Shown in pieces: positions 1 through 13,600 of a DNA stretch of 64,000 nt (position 1 is its first letter; each line of letters begins with the position of its first letter). A program made the translations under genes and the position numbers. The notes under the pieces were generated by a model. That model had not been told where the DNA came from. It worked only from the letters and a program-made list of their open reading frames with translations, and ran no database searches. The stretch comes from Mytilus trossulus. Taxonomy: Eukaryota. Location of the stretch: the NCBI RefSeq assembly GCF_036588685.1, contig NC_086375.1:69502001-69566000 (forward strand), written 5' to 3'.

Positions 1-847
1 TGTTATGCCAGACAAGCTTGGGCCGTGGGACGTCAGAGCTCGTCCTGTATCAAAAAGTGGATATTTGCCCACCCAAAATGGATGCGCTGCTTTATCGCTT
101 CTGGAGCCGACTGAGGGCCTTGGAATTATATAAATCGGGCATCGATCTCTTCATTTTTCATTTATCTTTTCATATATGTACGTTTCACCTACCTGTCAAC
201 CTTTATTTTTCTATATTTTAACAGTTTTTACAGAGACCCATCGGTCTATGCATTGTGCCTTTCAGTTTCAAAGATTATCACGTGACCACGAGAAAACAGT
301 GCAAATGACCATAATGTAACACCTCGTTCATTTACTATGCAAGTTAACTAAATGTCCGAGAGCTTCCGAGTGTTATCGTGGTCGGAACTAGATGCTTACT
401 ACCGATCTCCTGTAAAGGAGGTGAAAAAACGTGGTTGCTTCTAAATGTTAACACATCGATCTCCTATAAAGGAGGTTAAAAAATATAAATATTTGCATAT
501 TTGAGTCTCGAGGCCACGAACTCTCTCGTAACTTGACGTCCATTTGAAAGTGAAAGTCAAAATTTATAAACCGATGGGTCTCTTTTAAAACTGTTAAAAT
601 ATAGAAAAATAAAGGTTGGCAGGTAGGTGAAACTTACATTTATGAAAAGATAAATGAATCACAAAGAGATCGATGCCCGATTTATATAATTTCAAGGCCC
701 TCAGTCGGCTCGAGAAGCGATAAAAAAAAAGCGCATCAATTTTGGGTGGGCAAATATCCACTTTTTGATACGGGACGAGCTCTGACGTCCCACGGCCCCA
801 GCTTGTCTGGCATAACTGCCGTTGGACGTCAGAATAATCTCGGACTA
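1..847. mobile_element. Non-autonomous TIR element (MITE/foldback) with long (>245 bp) inverted repeats; left end cut off by the window edge
   Basis: 1-~246 is the reverse complement of ~571-817 (e.g. GTTATGCCAGACAAGCT...GAGACCCATCGG vs CCGATGGGTCTC...AGCTTGTCTGGCATAAC). The near-identical ORFs 18..221(+) and 594..890(-) are by-products of this. The right boundary is approximate. Confidence 0.8.
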
Positions 848-1475
848 AGGTGATACATGTTATGATTGATAATTCATTACATTTGTACAAGTGGCTAACG
901 GAAGAGGTCTATAATGATAAATGAAAAAAAAAACATGACTTGGATAAAGAATTCTTTCATTGGCACTCATACCACCGTTTCTTATATTTTTTCACCTGTA
1001 ATTCACCTGTAAAAAAATCGGCGCAAATGAAATGCATATCGGTGCAAATGCAAAACGCCGGTTAGGAAAGAAATATGTCTAGTTCATTTTGCAAATACTT
1101 TTCGACATGTGATATTTAGAATATAGATAAGGATGTAACTAGATAATCCTTTTGTGCTTTTTGTTTTTTTTCGCATTTTTTTCTTTCTTCTTTATTTATT
1201 ATTTTTTATATTTTTTTCTTATCTTACCAATAGATAATGTAAAATATTTCCAATTAAGATATAGCAAGTTCAAAGTCATTAACAACCAATACAAAAAATC
1301 ATGCATCTAAGACTTAATTATGTTTTTTTTTTTATAGCTGTGTGGAAAGGATTGCGTGGTTTCTCATGTTTTCGTTTCTTTTTTCCAAAATGATTTATTT
1401 CCATCATGTTTCCTCATTACAAAAAAATATTCAATATAATTTTGATTGCTCAATCAATACAGAGTCTGTATGTAC

Positions 1476-1770
1476 TTTTATTGTATAGCAATATAATATT
1501 TCCCACAGAAAGGAACCAAAAGTTAGCGTGCAATAAATTCTATTATTGCACTAGTGCAATAAATCTTCAAAAATCATGACGTCATCAACGACAAAACGTC
1601 AGTTTATACCAATTTTAACTTTCAAATATTATATTGCTATACAATAAAAGGGTTATTGCATGAATATTGGGAAGTATTGTCCCTCGAAGAACATATATTG
1701 CACTCGCAAGCTCGTTCAATATAAAATTCTACTCGGGACAATATTCCCCAATATTCATGCACTAACCCTA
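1476..1770. repeat. Palindromic element: inverted pair 1477-1500/1625-1649 plus a ~120-bp hairpin 1650-1768
   Basis: TTTATTGTATAGCAATATAATATT pairs with AATATTATATTGCTATACAATAAA. The hairpin is GGGTTATTGCATGAATATTGGG...CCCAATATTCATGCACTAACCC, with GCAAGC near the apex. Confidence 0.65.
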
Positions 1771-2037
1771 TAATATACGTAAAAATATCTTTCCTTGTAC
1801 CATTAACTTGATTTTGTAAGAAATAAAAGAATCTTGTTAAACATTGACTGTTACAGTATATAAATATCTTGCCGTCGTTGCAATTTGTTACAAATTTATT
1901 TTTGCACATACATCTCTTTGCGAAAAGTTTTTGGTTTTCTCTGAAAAGAAAATCTTTTATTTACTTACATCACGAATATTAAATAAATAATGTACATACA
2001 TATTTACATAACATTCCTCACAATTTTCAAATGTTAA

Positions 2038-3447
2038 TCATGGGACATTATTATAAATGACTGTGTTGTTACTAATTTCGTTTGGAGTCGCACAACCTTC
2101 TGGTGAACACATTTCAGTTTCATTATCTTCCGATGGAGTCACGCCTTCTTCTGGTGAATTTGTACCAGTTTCATTATCTTGCTCTTGAGTCGTGCCACAC
2201 ACTGGTGAACATGCACTGGTTTTGTTCTGTCCAGAATCTTGCAAAACTTCTGATGAAGATGCTCCTTTCTCTTCGTCTAATGGTTTTTGTTTTTCTTGTG
2301 TTCCTTTGTCAGATAATTTTGAGATCTGAGACATATTTGTTTTTGAATCAGTTGATCGGCTACTTGAGGTCAATCTATGAAGTCTGTCCAATATTTTATC
2401 GAGTCGCAGAATCTGTGATACTCCAGCTCGAAATGGACGAGATGAACAGACGTAAAGAAAGAAGTTAACGGTATAATTAAGCTGTTCTAATATTTGAGAG
2501 ACGTCCCGAAAGATTAGAAATTTCTTTGTATTTTGTCCAAAAGCATCTACGCCTATGAAGAAAGCTATATTATGCAGTGCTGTGATCGGGGTAACAAATA
2601 TGACGTATGAAACCATGACGGAAACCTACATTGTCGTGGCCCTTGTTAGATCGGAGCTGTTTCCTTTTGTATTTGTCAGTTTCTTCCGAGCTTTGCTTCG
2701 TCTTTCTAAGCTGACAAGAATAATAAGTGTGACTGTTACTATAATAATTACTGGAATCAGAGAATAAAGACTTGAACCGGCTGTTAGCATGCTCCTGTAT
2801 AATGTTACTGCTTGTGGGTCCTTCCTATCAAAACTATCAGGATTACATACACCTTTGCTGTCAATTTTTGAACAATATGTCCAGCCAGCATTAAAGCCGC
2901 CAATGACAAAATAAACAGCTGCGATTCCTATCAAGCAGTTTCGTTTACTGAAAAAGATCTTTACCCTAAACGGGAATAGGACTGCAGTGAATCTTTCCAG
3001 ACATAAATAAACAACAAACCATGACGACGTCATTTTCCCCGTTCGAAAGAACCAAAAGAATAATTTACAACCAACTTCGGATAAAGCACGTAGATCGCGT
3101 CCAAAGAGCTCTAAGACAAACATCTTGTTGAATGGCTGGGCTAGAAGGAGAGTCACATCTGATACAGCTAAAGCTGCAAAGAAATAACGGGATCCCATTT
3201 TGGAAAAGGCTTTGCTGTTCATTATAAATATTGTGATCAGATTTCCAAAAACTCCAACTACAAGACATGTTGGTAAAATGATAATATTGACATATTCTAG
3301 ACCCTCTAATGCATCGTCGTATACGGTTCTCGTGGATATAGCAGGTGGTTCGTTTGTCTGACAAGTTCCATTGCAGTAGACTGTAGATGTATTGTCTGCC
3401 GAGGTAGTCAATGGTGTCACCGATGTATTTTGAAATAAGGGCTTCAT
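2038..3447 (-). pseudogene. Class A (rhodopsin-like) peptide-type GPCR, copy 1; nonsense codon at the start of TM6
   Basis: ORFs 2626..3483 and 2038..2616 are in the same frame and are separated only by a TAG at 2628-2626, where copy 2 has TTG (Leu). The protein is otherwise highly similar to 5366..6775. The probable true ATG is at 3447, just after a polypyrimidine/CAG acceptor. Confidence 0.85.
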
Positions 3448-5365
3448 TGTAATTGTTCTGGAAAAGATACACAAAAAGAACATTCAGATGAAGGTGTTAA
3501 CTTTATTACTGTTTTAGTGTACATTTATTTTAACTATTATTGAAGGAAAGAAATACCAATTCGTATTGTTTGATGTTACTAAACCTTTAGAATGTACAAA
3601 TATGTTCGATTCTTATTTACCGCAGCGATTGTCTCCTTCCTTCTTTGATATTGTAAATGATTTTTAAAACATAAATACTTTTCAAAAAGTATCATTGCGG
3701 TTTTGATCTACCATTTTGACAATTTTGTCTAAAAAGGATTTTAAGCATCTTGTTCAACATGAACTGTTACAGTATATAAATATCTTGCAGTCGTTGCAAT
3801 TTGTTGATGCAGAAAAGTAATAGATTAGAAAAAGGAGCAATCCTTCTTGCTTGCGATCAATTCGTTTCAGCTCTTGTGAATAGTTGTTTCAATGGCAATC
3901 ATACACCATTTCCTTATTTCTATACTGATTCATCCTTCAAACCAAAAACCAAAAATAAAGAATTTGTCTTCTATTATTAAATAGTCTAAGAGTTTAATGG
4001 CGACTACCCTTGCGAGAATTGCGCCAGATTACCGTATATAAAAACATTTTAAATAAATGTTTTAAAATTATTATTATTTTGGAATTAACCATTTTTTTAT
4101 ATTCATATTAAAGAAATTTGTTGGATTTTTTCCCTTAAATTTAATTTTGTTATTTAAATTTGAACTATGGTGTGTATTTTAGTTATCTTAATTATCTTGT
4201 GGTTAATTTATAGCGAGAAGAAAAATTTCTGTGAGCTTATTATTCCGTTATTTGTAACTTAGCTGTAGCCAGCTTTGTTTATAAATATCAAATGATTTGG
4301 TGGGTAGGTGTGTTTGTTTTTTATTCATGAAAACTTTTAAGTATCAAATAAAAAAAGAAAATTCCGAAACACCTTAAAAGAACAGGAAATTGGTTTGAAA
4401 ATATCACCTTTCAACAAAATATAGGTCTATTAGAGTTTGGACAAACCAATTAGATGAGACTTTAAACTATAGAAAAATTTACAATCTCACGCAACACAAT
4501 GTGATCTTCTGGTATGTTGAAATATTTCAAACTTAATTCATAGTCAATACTTGTAGATATAACTCTCATTATTAATTACCACCATTGCGCATCTTCTAAA
4601 ATATAAATGAACCTTAGTATGTGTACGCGAGTCAAAATAGTCATTCAGAATGAATTGTATAACTCTTTTTAGAATGTTTGTTGTTTTATATGTAAATTTG
4701 TAATATTATGCAACTGTTTTGTAATAGGTGAGACTCAGATAAAGTATTGTTTCAGTGTCTTGTAAGGCTAGACAGACCTTTAAACGTCGACGTCGACAAT
4801 TGAGATTTCTTGATCGCAAGAAACAACATCTCAACGAACCTAATATCACTTTAATTTTCAACAGATTTTGGCATACTATATATACAAAAACATTTGCTAA
4901 TTCAAATTCTCAATTTCAAGCTTCCGGAATATCTGATATTACCCCCCTTTTTTTGGTGGGGTTCGTGTTTCTTAGCATTTATTTTTCCAGATTTGTTTTG
5001 TGTACTATAATTCTTTGTCTGTTTGTCCTTTTTTTTTTTTTTTAGCCATTGCGTTTACAGTCTAATTTGAAAAGCCCCTCTTTTTAAAAGTGAGTGTTTG
5101 AGCAAAATATACAGTTAACCCATTGATATCTGAAACAAACCAACATAATATCAAAAACATTCGTTTAAACATTTATTTTCTAGATTAAGGGGTAACAATA
5201 TCAAATGTAGTTTGCATACAAATTAATTCTAGCACACAAATCTCTATGCGGAGAGTTTTTTGTTTTCTCTGAAAAGAAAATCTTTTATTTACTTACATCA
5301 TGAATATTAAATAAATAATTTACATACATATTTACATAACATTCCTCACAATTTTCAAATGTTAA

Positions 5366-6775
5366 TCATGGGACATTATTATAAATGACTGTGTTGTTAC
5401 TAATTTCGTCTGTAGTCGCAAAACCTTCTGGTGAACACATTCCGGTTTCATTATCTTCCGATGAAGTCGCGCTTCCTTCCGGTGAAGTTGCACCAGTTTC
5501 ATTATCTTGCTCTTGAGTCTCGCTACACACTCGTGAACATGCACTGGTTTTGTTCTGTCCAGAATCTTGCAAAACTTCTGATGAGGATGCTCCTTTCTCT
5601 TCGTCTAATGATTTTTGTTTTTCTTGTGTCCCTTTGTCAGATAGTTTTGAAATCTTAGACGAATTTGTTTTTGAATCAGTTGATCGGATTCTTGAGGTCA
5701 ATCTATGGAGGCTTTCAAATATTTTATCGAGTCGCAGAATCTGTGATACTCCATCTCGAAATGGACGAGATGAACAGACGTACAGAAAGAAGTTAACGGT
5801 ATAATTAAGCTGTTCCAATATTTGAGAGACGTCCCGAAAGATTAGAAATTTCTTTGTATTTTGTCCAAAAGCATCTACGCCTATGTAGAAAGCTATATTA
5901 TGCAGTGCTGTGATCGGGGTAACAAATATGACGTATGAAACCATGACGGAAACCAACATTGTCGTGGCCCTTGTTAGATCGGAGCTGTTTCCTTTTGTAT
6001 TTGTCAGTTTCTTCCGAGCTTTGCTTAGTCTTCCTAAGCTGACAAGAATAATGGGTGTGACTGTTACTATAATGATTATAGGAATCAGAGAATAAAGACT
6101 TGAACCGGCTGTTAGCATACTCCTGTATAATGTAACTGCTTGTGGGTCCTTCCTATCAAAACTATCAGGATTACATACACCTTTGCTGTCAATCTTTGAA
6201 CAATATGTCCAGCCGGCATTAAAGCCGCCAATGACAAAATAAACAGCTACGATTCCTATCAGGCAGTTTCGCTTACTGAAAAAGATCTTTACCCTAAACG
6301 GGAACAGGACTGCCGTGAATCTTTCCAGACATAAATAAACAACAAACCACGACGACGTCATTTTCCCCGTTCGAAAGAACCAAAAGAATAATTTACAACC
6401 AACAGCGGATAAAGCACGTAGATCGCGTCCGAAGAGCTCTAAGACAAACATCTTGTTGAATGGTTGGGCTAGAAGGAGAGTCACATCTGATACAGCTAAA
6501 GCTGCAAGGAAATATCGGGATCCCATTTTGGAAAAGGCTTTGCTGTTCATTATGAATATTGTGATCAGATTTCCAAAAACTCCAACTACAAGACATGTTG
6601 GTAAAAGAATAATATTGACATATTCTAGACCCTCTAATGCATCGTCGTATACGGTTCTCGTGGATATAGCAAATGGTTCGCTTGTCTGACAAGTTCCATT
6701 GCAGTAGACTGTAGATGTATTATTTGCTGAGGTAGTCAATGGTGTCACTGATGTATTTTGTAATAAGGGCTCCAT
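5366..6775 (-). CDS. Class A 7TM GPCR, FMRFamide/TRH-receptor-like invertebrate-expanded type, ~469 aa, single coding exon
   Basis: Seven hydrophobic segments; GN in TM1, LAVSD in TM2, C-K in TM3, LERF (DRY variant), LIP in TM5, TP in TM6, NFFLY (NPxxY variant); N-terminal N-glycosylation sequons. The first 12 codons of ORF 5366..6811 overlap an intron acceptor (TTTTTGTGTATCTTTTCCAG), so Met13 at 6775 is the likely start. Confidence 0.92.
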   Translation of the reverse strand: MEPLLQNTSVTPLTTSANNTSTVYCNGTCQTSEPFAISTRTVYDDALEGLEYVNIILLPTCLVVGVFGNLITIFIMNSKAFSKMGSRYFLAALAVSDVTLLLAQPFNKMFVLELFGRDLRALSAVGCKLFFWFFRTGKMTSSWFVVYLCLERFTAVLFPFRVKIFFSKRNCLIGIVAVYFVIGGFNAGWTYCSKIDSKGVCNPDSFDRKDPQAVTLYRSMLTAGSSLYSLIPIIIIVTVTPIILVSLGRLSKARKKLTNTKGNSSDLTRATTMLVSVMVSYVIFVTPITALHNIAFYIGVDAFGQNTKKFLIFRDVSQILEQLNYTVNFFLYVCSSRPFRDGVSQILRLDKIFESLHRLTSRIRSTDSKTNSSKISKLSDKGTQEKQKSLDEEKGASSSEVLQDSGQNKTSACSRVCSETQEQDNETGATSPEGSATSSEDNETGMCSPEGFATTDEISNNTVIYNNVP

Positions 6776-9700
6776 TGTAATTGTTCTGGAAAAGATACAC
6801 AAAAAGGACATTCAGATGAAGGTGTTAACTTTATTACTGTTTTAGTGTACATTTTTTGACAATTATTGAAGAAAAACAAAATCGTATTGGTCGGTTTTAC
6901 TAAACAATTAGAATGAATAAATATGTTCGATTCTTATTTACCGCAGCGATGGTCTCCTTCTTTCTTTGATATTGTAAATGATTTTTAAAAACAAATACTT
7001 TTTAAAAAGTATCATTGCGGTTTTGATCTACAATTGTTGCCTAAAAAAAATTAAAAATAATAATAAGTAGAAAACTTTACCTTTCTATGATCTCTCAAAA
7101 TGTTTTGGAAAATTTAGTTTCATATCTAGGTTTTATATAAATGTATCCTAGTTATTACTTTGTTTGACCATTAAGGCATTTTTTGGTGTTAATATATATT
7201 ATGATTTAATGAAAAGAAGTTTTCATTATTCCAATGTTTGTTGTGATTGTTTCGATAATAATGTAGTTTTTTGTAATGAAGAAACGATAAACAAAAAGTA
7301 GAAAATGACAATATTAATTATGATATTAACTTGGAATGACAAGGTCGCACCAATACGCAATATAATAGTAATATTCAATAATGTGTATTCAACAAACTTC
7401 CTACGCCAAAAATATAATAATGTTTTAGTGAAAGCAGCAGGTGGCAATAATTGTTATCTTCACTGCATTCATCAAAACCAATTGATTTATAATGAAACAA
7501 CGAATCTTATGGCCCCTCTCTGTTATGATTTATCAAAACAGGAATGTTTACAGAATTAACAAGATGTCATTTCTAAAAATATTGTTTGGACAAATTACGA
7601 GGTAGGGAAATTAAAAGTAAAAAAATATCGTTTCGCTGCTTATTACGACCAATGTATATCTATATAGTATATTTTGATAACACAGATGTCAAACAGATTT
7701 TTATCTTTGATGATTATTATTGCAAAACATATTTTGATTTCGACATTTAGATCGGTTAAACGAGTTCTACATTTTTTAAAATGCACTCAAAAAATCTATT
7801 ACCGCCATGACAGACGCGCACACCAGAAATTTTGAGCTATCGTACTAAGGCATTGCATAAAAACACCCCACCAAAATAAGCAATCCATTATAAGAGTTAT
7901 ATGAAAAACCCATCTTTAATAGGTAAATTCATGTCAATTTGATTCAAGACATTATTCAAATATTTATGCAAATACTGATTGACAAACAGAACTTTATACG
8001 TCAATTTCATGTAATGGTATTATAGGTTAGAACTTTCTCACTATATAAAAATAATAATATAAAGCTTAACTAATGCTAAGAGTCCGAAACACTTTTCTTG
8101 TTTCATTCTTCAGTAATGATCAAAGCCAACTATTTAAAATTCAAATCTATATAAATACCGAGACAAGTAAAGAGCTAGTGAGTAAATTACCGAAAGGGAC
8201 TTAAAAGCATGAAAGATCAACTTTTCCTGAGGGAGTCAGATCATAACCTTAGTTTCTCTTTAAATTCTTATGTTATTAAACTTATTATCGTTTTGAATGC
8301 AATCTATTATAAACAGTTGTAACAATCACAATCGACATTCATTGTCCTTACTTAGCTTATTAAACGACATCCATTCTTACTTTTGGGGAACAAGTATGCC
8401 CTGTGTCATCTTTAGATCTCGTGACTTAACGTCCCTCATCTCACGAGCGAACCCCGGCAATAGAGTTCGACATAATTCCTCCGAATGAGGGTAAGAACAG
8501 ACATCTTCAAATGGTATCCACGGTTGTGCGGGACGTACTGCAGAACATTCACAACAGAATGCTTTAGTATCGTACTTGTAAACCCAAAATCCTAAAAAAA
8601 AAGCTGTCTCGCAACGACTATTTAACGTTCTAAAAGATTTAATTGATATCCCATATATTGATAATATTTCCTTGATGTCACGACATGATAAACATATATT
8701 TTCTAGCGTCTCTTATAATAGTAGTCCAATTTGTTTTGAGAGACCAATGACTAATGTATGGTTTTGGTGTCTAATTGTTAAAACATACCGGTACATGTTC
8801 TTGTTTGATTAAGTATTTTTCCAAGACGTAATATCTTTTCGTCAAATAGAACTACTCGTGGAAATTGTGCATTTTTTTAATCATATATTATAAGATTTTA
8901 TTAACACAATCGATCTTCTGACCTGGAGTCGCATCATCTCCCTTAGACTAGAAAATGAAGCTTAGTGTCATAGTATTTTTGTATAACTAAATTATGAATA
9001 TTAAATATGGTAACATTTCGCATACCATATTTGGTGAAACTGCAGTGTCGGACTAATGTAAAATATTTTATCGGCCATATGAATTTTAGCCGGCAACTTG
9101 CTCTAATATGGCAAGGTCATACAATATGATCACAAACGAAATATTTTTGCCAATTAAATGAACGATAGTTGACAGACAAAGATAATGGATATACGAAGTC
9201 AGAATTTATAATCATTTTAGTTCAAATGGATCATATGAATAAAATGATAAAATTGTACCTATTTCGATCGTTTGAATTTCGTTACTGTATGTCATACGTT
9301 TCAAAAATGTTTGAACTATTTGTGGAATTACCAATCATGATATCACTAAATGACAATTTAGTATGTTGTTTAAAATGTACATGTAATTTAGTTAGAATTT
9401 GAGACAACATTCATTATTTTTTTTTTAAATTTTCCCTATTTGGCCTAGAAATAATCCAGTTTTGATCATCATTGGCTCTTCCGGAGGTTAATCATTGTAT
9501 CACGTACATCCTGAATTTGAGTATCCTGTTCTCTGAATTGGTTATTCGGTGTCTACATCAATTTTGCATGCAATGTTTAATTTCCTTGTAGCACATATGT
9601 ATATGTATGTCAAAATACACTCATTAAAATATTTTTCTAATTTGCTATCATTGGTTTAAGAGGAACACTGTCTGATTTGTGTTTCTATGTTTCAATTGGT

Positions 9701-10607
9701 TTATTATTTGACCCTGAAATATACTTGTAGCAAAATTAAACAAATGTTTGAATGTTGAAGTTGAGACATAGAAAAGACATATCAAGACATTTCAAAACTA
9801 TAACATTTCTTTCTTAAACCAACTGGTACCCTGAATATCTGATTCACACCAACTGTGCTACAAACGAAACTTAATTAACAGCAATTTAGTTTGAAAAGTT
9901 AAAGACAAACTGTCCTTCGTTTTAAGATCGAAAAGTATAGTACTATTATGAGTTTTTTTGTGTTTGTTATTCAAACACACATAGTTTGTTATGAAGACTT
10001 ACACGATTACCAGGTATTTCACTCGACCCATACAGAAAGGTGAATTTTTATTTGTTAATTTATCAACTTGTAGCCTTAAAAAATATTTAAAAGAATATTG
10101 AATCTGGAAAGAAATTTTATTTGAAATTCATTTTGTTTTATGTTTTAAAGAAAAACAGATTACTCAAACACGACTGAAAATAAAATTCTGTAGCCTACTT
10201 TCTCTTCACAATAGGATTATTTACCATTTTTAGGATTATTTCCAAAATTCTGTTTTGAATTAACAGATCAATCTTTTATCTTTCCTAGAATGTTTTTAAA
10301 TTCATTTTTTCCATATGCAAAATGAGTTGAACAACACGTTATCGACTGTTTTGTAATAATTTGTCTTGGATTTTAAAAATGTATAATATCTTGTAGCTCC
10401 ATACTATAATTTGAGTATAAAATGTGTAAGTTACAAACACAAAAAACATATACACATGCATTTAAATTTTTAAAGGCCACGAAATCGTATGTTAACATTC
10501 CAGATATGCAAACTTGACCATGTTGTACCTTCTAAAATTAACAGTTCCATTTCTATTGTTAACTTTCAACTGAATATCCTCATATCGGATAATCCTTGCA
10601 TCAGTTC

Positions 10608-13600
10608 TCAGATTTTGAAAAGTCCAAAATAATTCGCATATTTTGATTTTTTAACATGTCTTATTGCTTCGTCAGAAATTTCGCTCTGCACTACGAGACC
10701 ACTATCAAGTTTAAAAGTTCCACAAAGGAAACTAGTATACACTCTTCTCGTTTCTGAAGATCCACCAAATCTACTTCGCAGTAAAGGTTGTCGTTCTGTC
10801 TTTGGTAGAAGCTTGAGCCATTGCTTAATCTTATGCCGATATAACCCAACAGTAGTAACGTCACCAAAATCAAAGGTAATAGCAGAATAGACGAAATAAA
10901 TACTCGTTTCTACTATTTCAATGCTTTGATTTTTTTCATTGTAGTTCACATCGTTTCTATGTGCGGTTCCGAGGTGGTCACCCTTATACGTCCACGCAAG
11001 ATTCGTTCCTGAAAAAAGTGTAGAACATAAATAAATGTTAGTCCACTAATCGAGATTAAAACGGATACATTGCGATTTATATACAACCTCCCCACCTATT
11101 GTGGTTATCCCATGAACCTCATCAGAAGGTATAATTTATTATGTGATCTTGATGTTGGTTGTCTTTAATTTCGAGAAAAAGGTCTATATGGTTGTCGTTG
11201 AATTTTTATGATAAAGTTGTTCACTCGGAATGATTTAGAACTTGCCATATTGTAAGAGATATTTTTTATGTTGGAGTGTGTGTTGCCTTCTAGATGCCTT
11301 TCGGTTATTTGTTTCCTATTTAATTGCCCCCGAATGACTCCAACGTATTCCTCAAATTCTCTTATCATTGATCTTTAAACATTGAAAATAACTCCAGAGC
11401 CACGTAACCTCTCAGTGTCAAATTGGCATGTCACGTATTTACAAACTGATTGAAAGTAAAGTACAATTATTACTAAAAACTCCCCATCGCTCACTTTTTA
11501 ACGTGACTTCCTGAATTGAACGTGTAAAAGAGAATTGAGAAAAATCATGACTTTGTACATCCAAAATATAAGTATCCAATGGTTGTTGATTGTAAGTGTG
11601 CATAATTGTTTATGAATACACATTTTGTGAAGTTTTTTTTTTATTAATTACAATATCAATGTAAAAAATCTATGCCAAGGATTTTATTACTGTTTAAAAT
11701 GGACAATTTTAGATAAAGGTCAGACAAATAATTGATTGTTTCTTAATTTACGGGCTCTGCAAACAACATCACCGTAAACGTGAGGATATATTTTTGGTTT
11801 TACTTTTAAGTGAAATGTATTTTCTATCAATTATCCAATTCGAACAAAATGATAAATCAAATACCTGTCAGCGTGTTCAAATTTAAATACATGTGGATAG
11901 AATGATGTCTGGTGCTCCACCATTTCATCTTTCTTTCGATCACATAATCTGTAAAGTTAATGTATACTTTGCCTATTCATTTCTATTACAGTTTACTGTA
12001 CGAGCACAAGAAAGCGTTTACTGTAAGGTTTTATTGGCTGTTCATATACCACACAAATTTATTGGAATGGTATACATATTTACCCTATTTACATATACGC
12101 ATTGCTTTGCAATTTTATGCTCGGATGTCTTTTATCTGACACTTCGAATTGCGTAATGTTTATAAATACATTGGCATACAGATTTGTTTTCAATATCTTT
12201 ATAAAATTATATGTCTGTAGTACGGGGCGCCGAATGGGACTCTTGTGGTTTTGTACAAAATTCAATTCTGTCATAACAAAATCAGTTTTGTCTTACAAAA
12301 CTATGTGCTACAGACTTATTTTGTGAGAACTTCAATTTTGTGATGACAAAATTCATTTGTGTAGACAAAATTCATTTTTGTCATGACAAAATTCATTTTT
12401 GTAGACAAAATTCATATTTGTCATGACAAAAGTCAATTTTGTCTAAAAGGTATGCAAATATAAACATATTTGCATACAAAATTGACTTTTGTTACCTGAT
12501 ATGGAAATTAAATCACAAAAGTCAATTGTGTAAGGTAAGATTCAATTTTGTGAGACAAAATTGACTTTTGTGAAACAAAATTAACTTTTGTGAGACAAAA
12601 TTAACTTTTGTGAGACAAAATTGACTTTTGTGAGACAAAATTCAATTTTGTGAGACAAAATTCAATTTTGTGAGACAAAATTCAATTTTGTGAGACAAAA
12701 TTCAATTTGTCATTTTTGTTGAGACAAAAGTCAATTTTGTTAATTGTGTTGAGACAAAAGTCAATTTTGTAAATTTAGTTGAGACAAAAGTCAATTTTGT
12801 TAATTTTGTTGTGACAAAAGTCAATTTTGTCAATTTTGTTGAGACAAAAGTCAATTTTGTCAATTTTGTTGAGACAAAAGTCAATTTTGTGACGACAAAA
12901 TTCATTTTTGTGACGACAAAATTCAATTTTGTAACAACAAATTGACTTTTATGAGACAAAATTGACTTTCGTGAGACAAAATTGACTTTCGTGAGACCAA
13001 AATCAATTTTGTTGAGACAAAAATCAATTTTGTTGAGACAAAAATCAATTTTGTTGAGACAAAATTCAATTTTGTTAATTTTGTTGAGACAAAATTCAAT
13101 TTTGTCAATTTTGTTGAGACAAAATTCAATTTTGTCAATTTTGTTGAGACAAAAGTCAATTTTGTCTCACATTGGTCAATTTTGTCTCACAAAAGTCAAT
13201 TTTGTGTAACAAAAGTCAATTTTGTGTAACAAAAGTCAATTTTGGGTAACAACAGTCAATTTTGTGTAACAAAAGTCAATTTTGTGTAACAAAAGTCAAT
13301 TTTGTGTAACAAAAGTCAATTTTGTGTAACAAAAGTCAATTTTGTGTAACAAAAGTCAATTTTGTGTAACAAAAGTCAATTTTGTGTAACAAAAGTCGAT
13401 TTTGTATGCAAATTAGTTCACAGAAACCAAACTAAACTAATTTGAATACAAAATTGACTTTTGTCGCTCAATTTTCAAATTAGGTAACAAAAGTCAAGTC
13501 TGTGTAACAAAAATGAATTTTGTCATGACAAAAGTGACTTTTGTCCGCTGATAGATAATTTTGTATGACAAAATTACAAATTTGTAGTATGATACAAATT

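Larger units (their letters stand above)
1830..7035. repeat. Tandem segmental duplication carrying the two GPCRs
   Basis: ~1903-3714 aligns with ~5232-7035, including non-coding flanks. A ~60-bp block at 1831-1889 recurs at 3747-3805. Confidence 0.85.

Noticed and set aside
18-890. Two similar small proteins on opposite strands
   Set aside because: Mirror-image readings of the long inverted repeats of a MITE.
2082-6692. Antisense and alternative-frame ORFs over the GPCRs
   Set aside because: Shadow ORFs of the GPCR coding sequence, not maintained intact between the two copies.
12702-13209. Repetitive ORFs (TKLTFVS/SILLRQ repeats)
   Set aside because: Translations of the minisatellite inside a TIR element; open on both strands.
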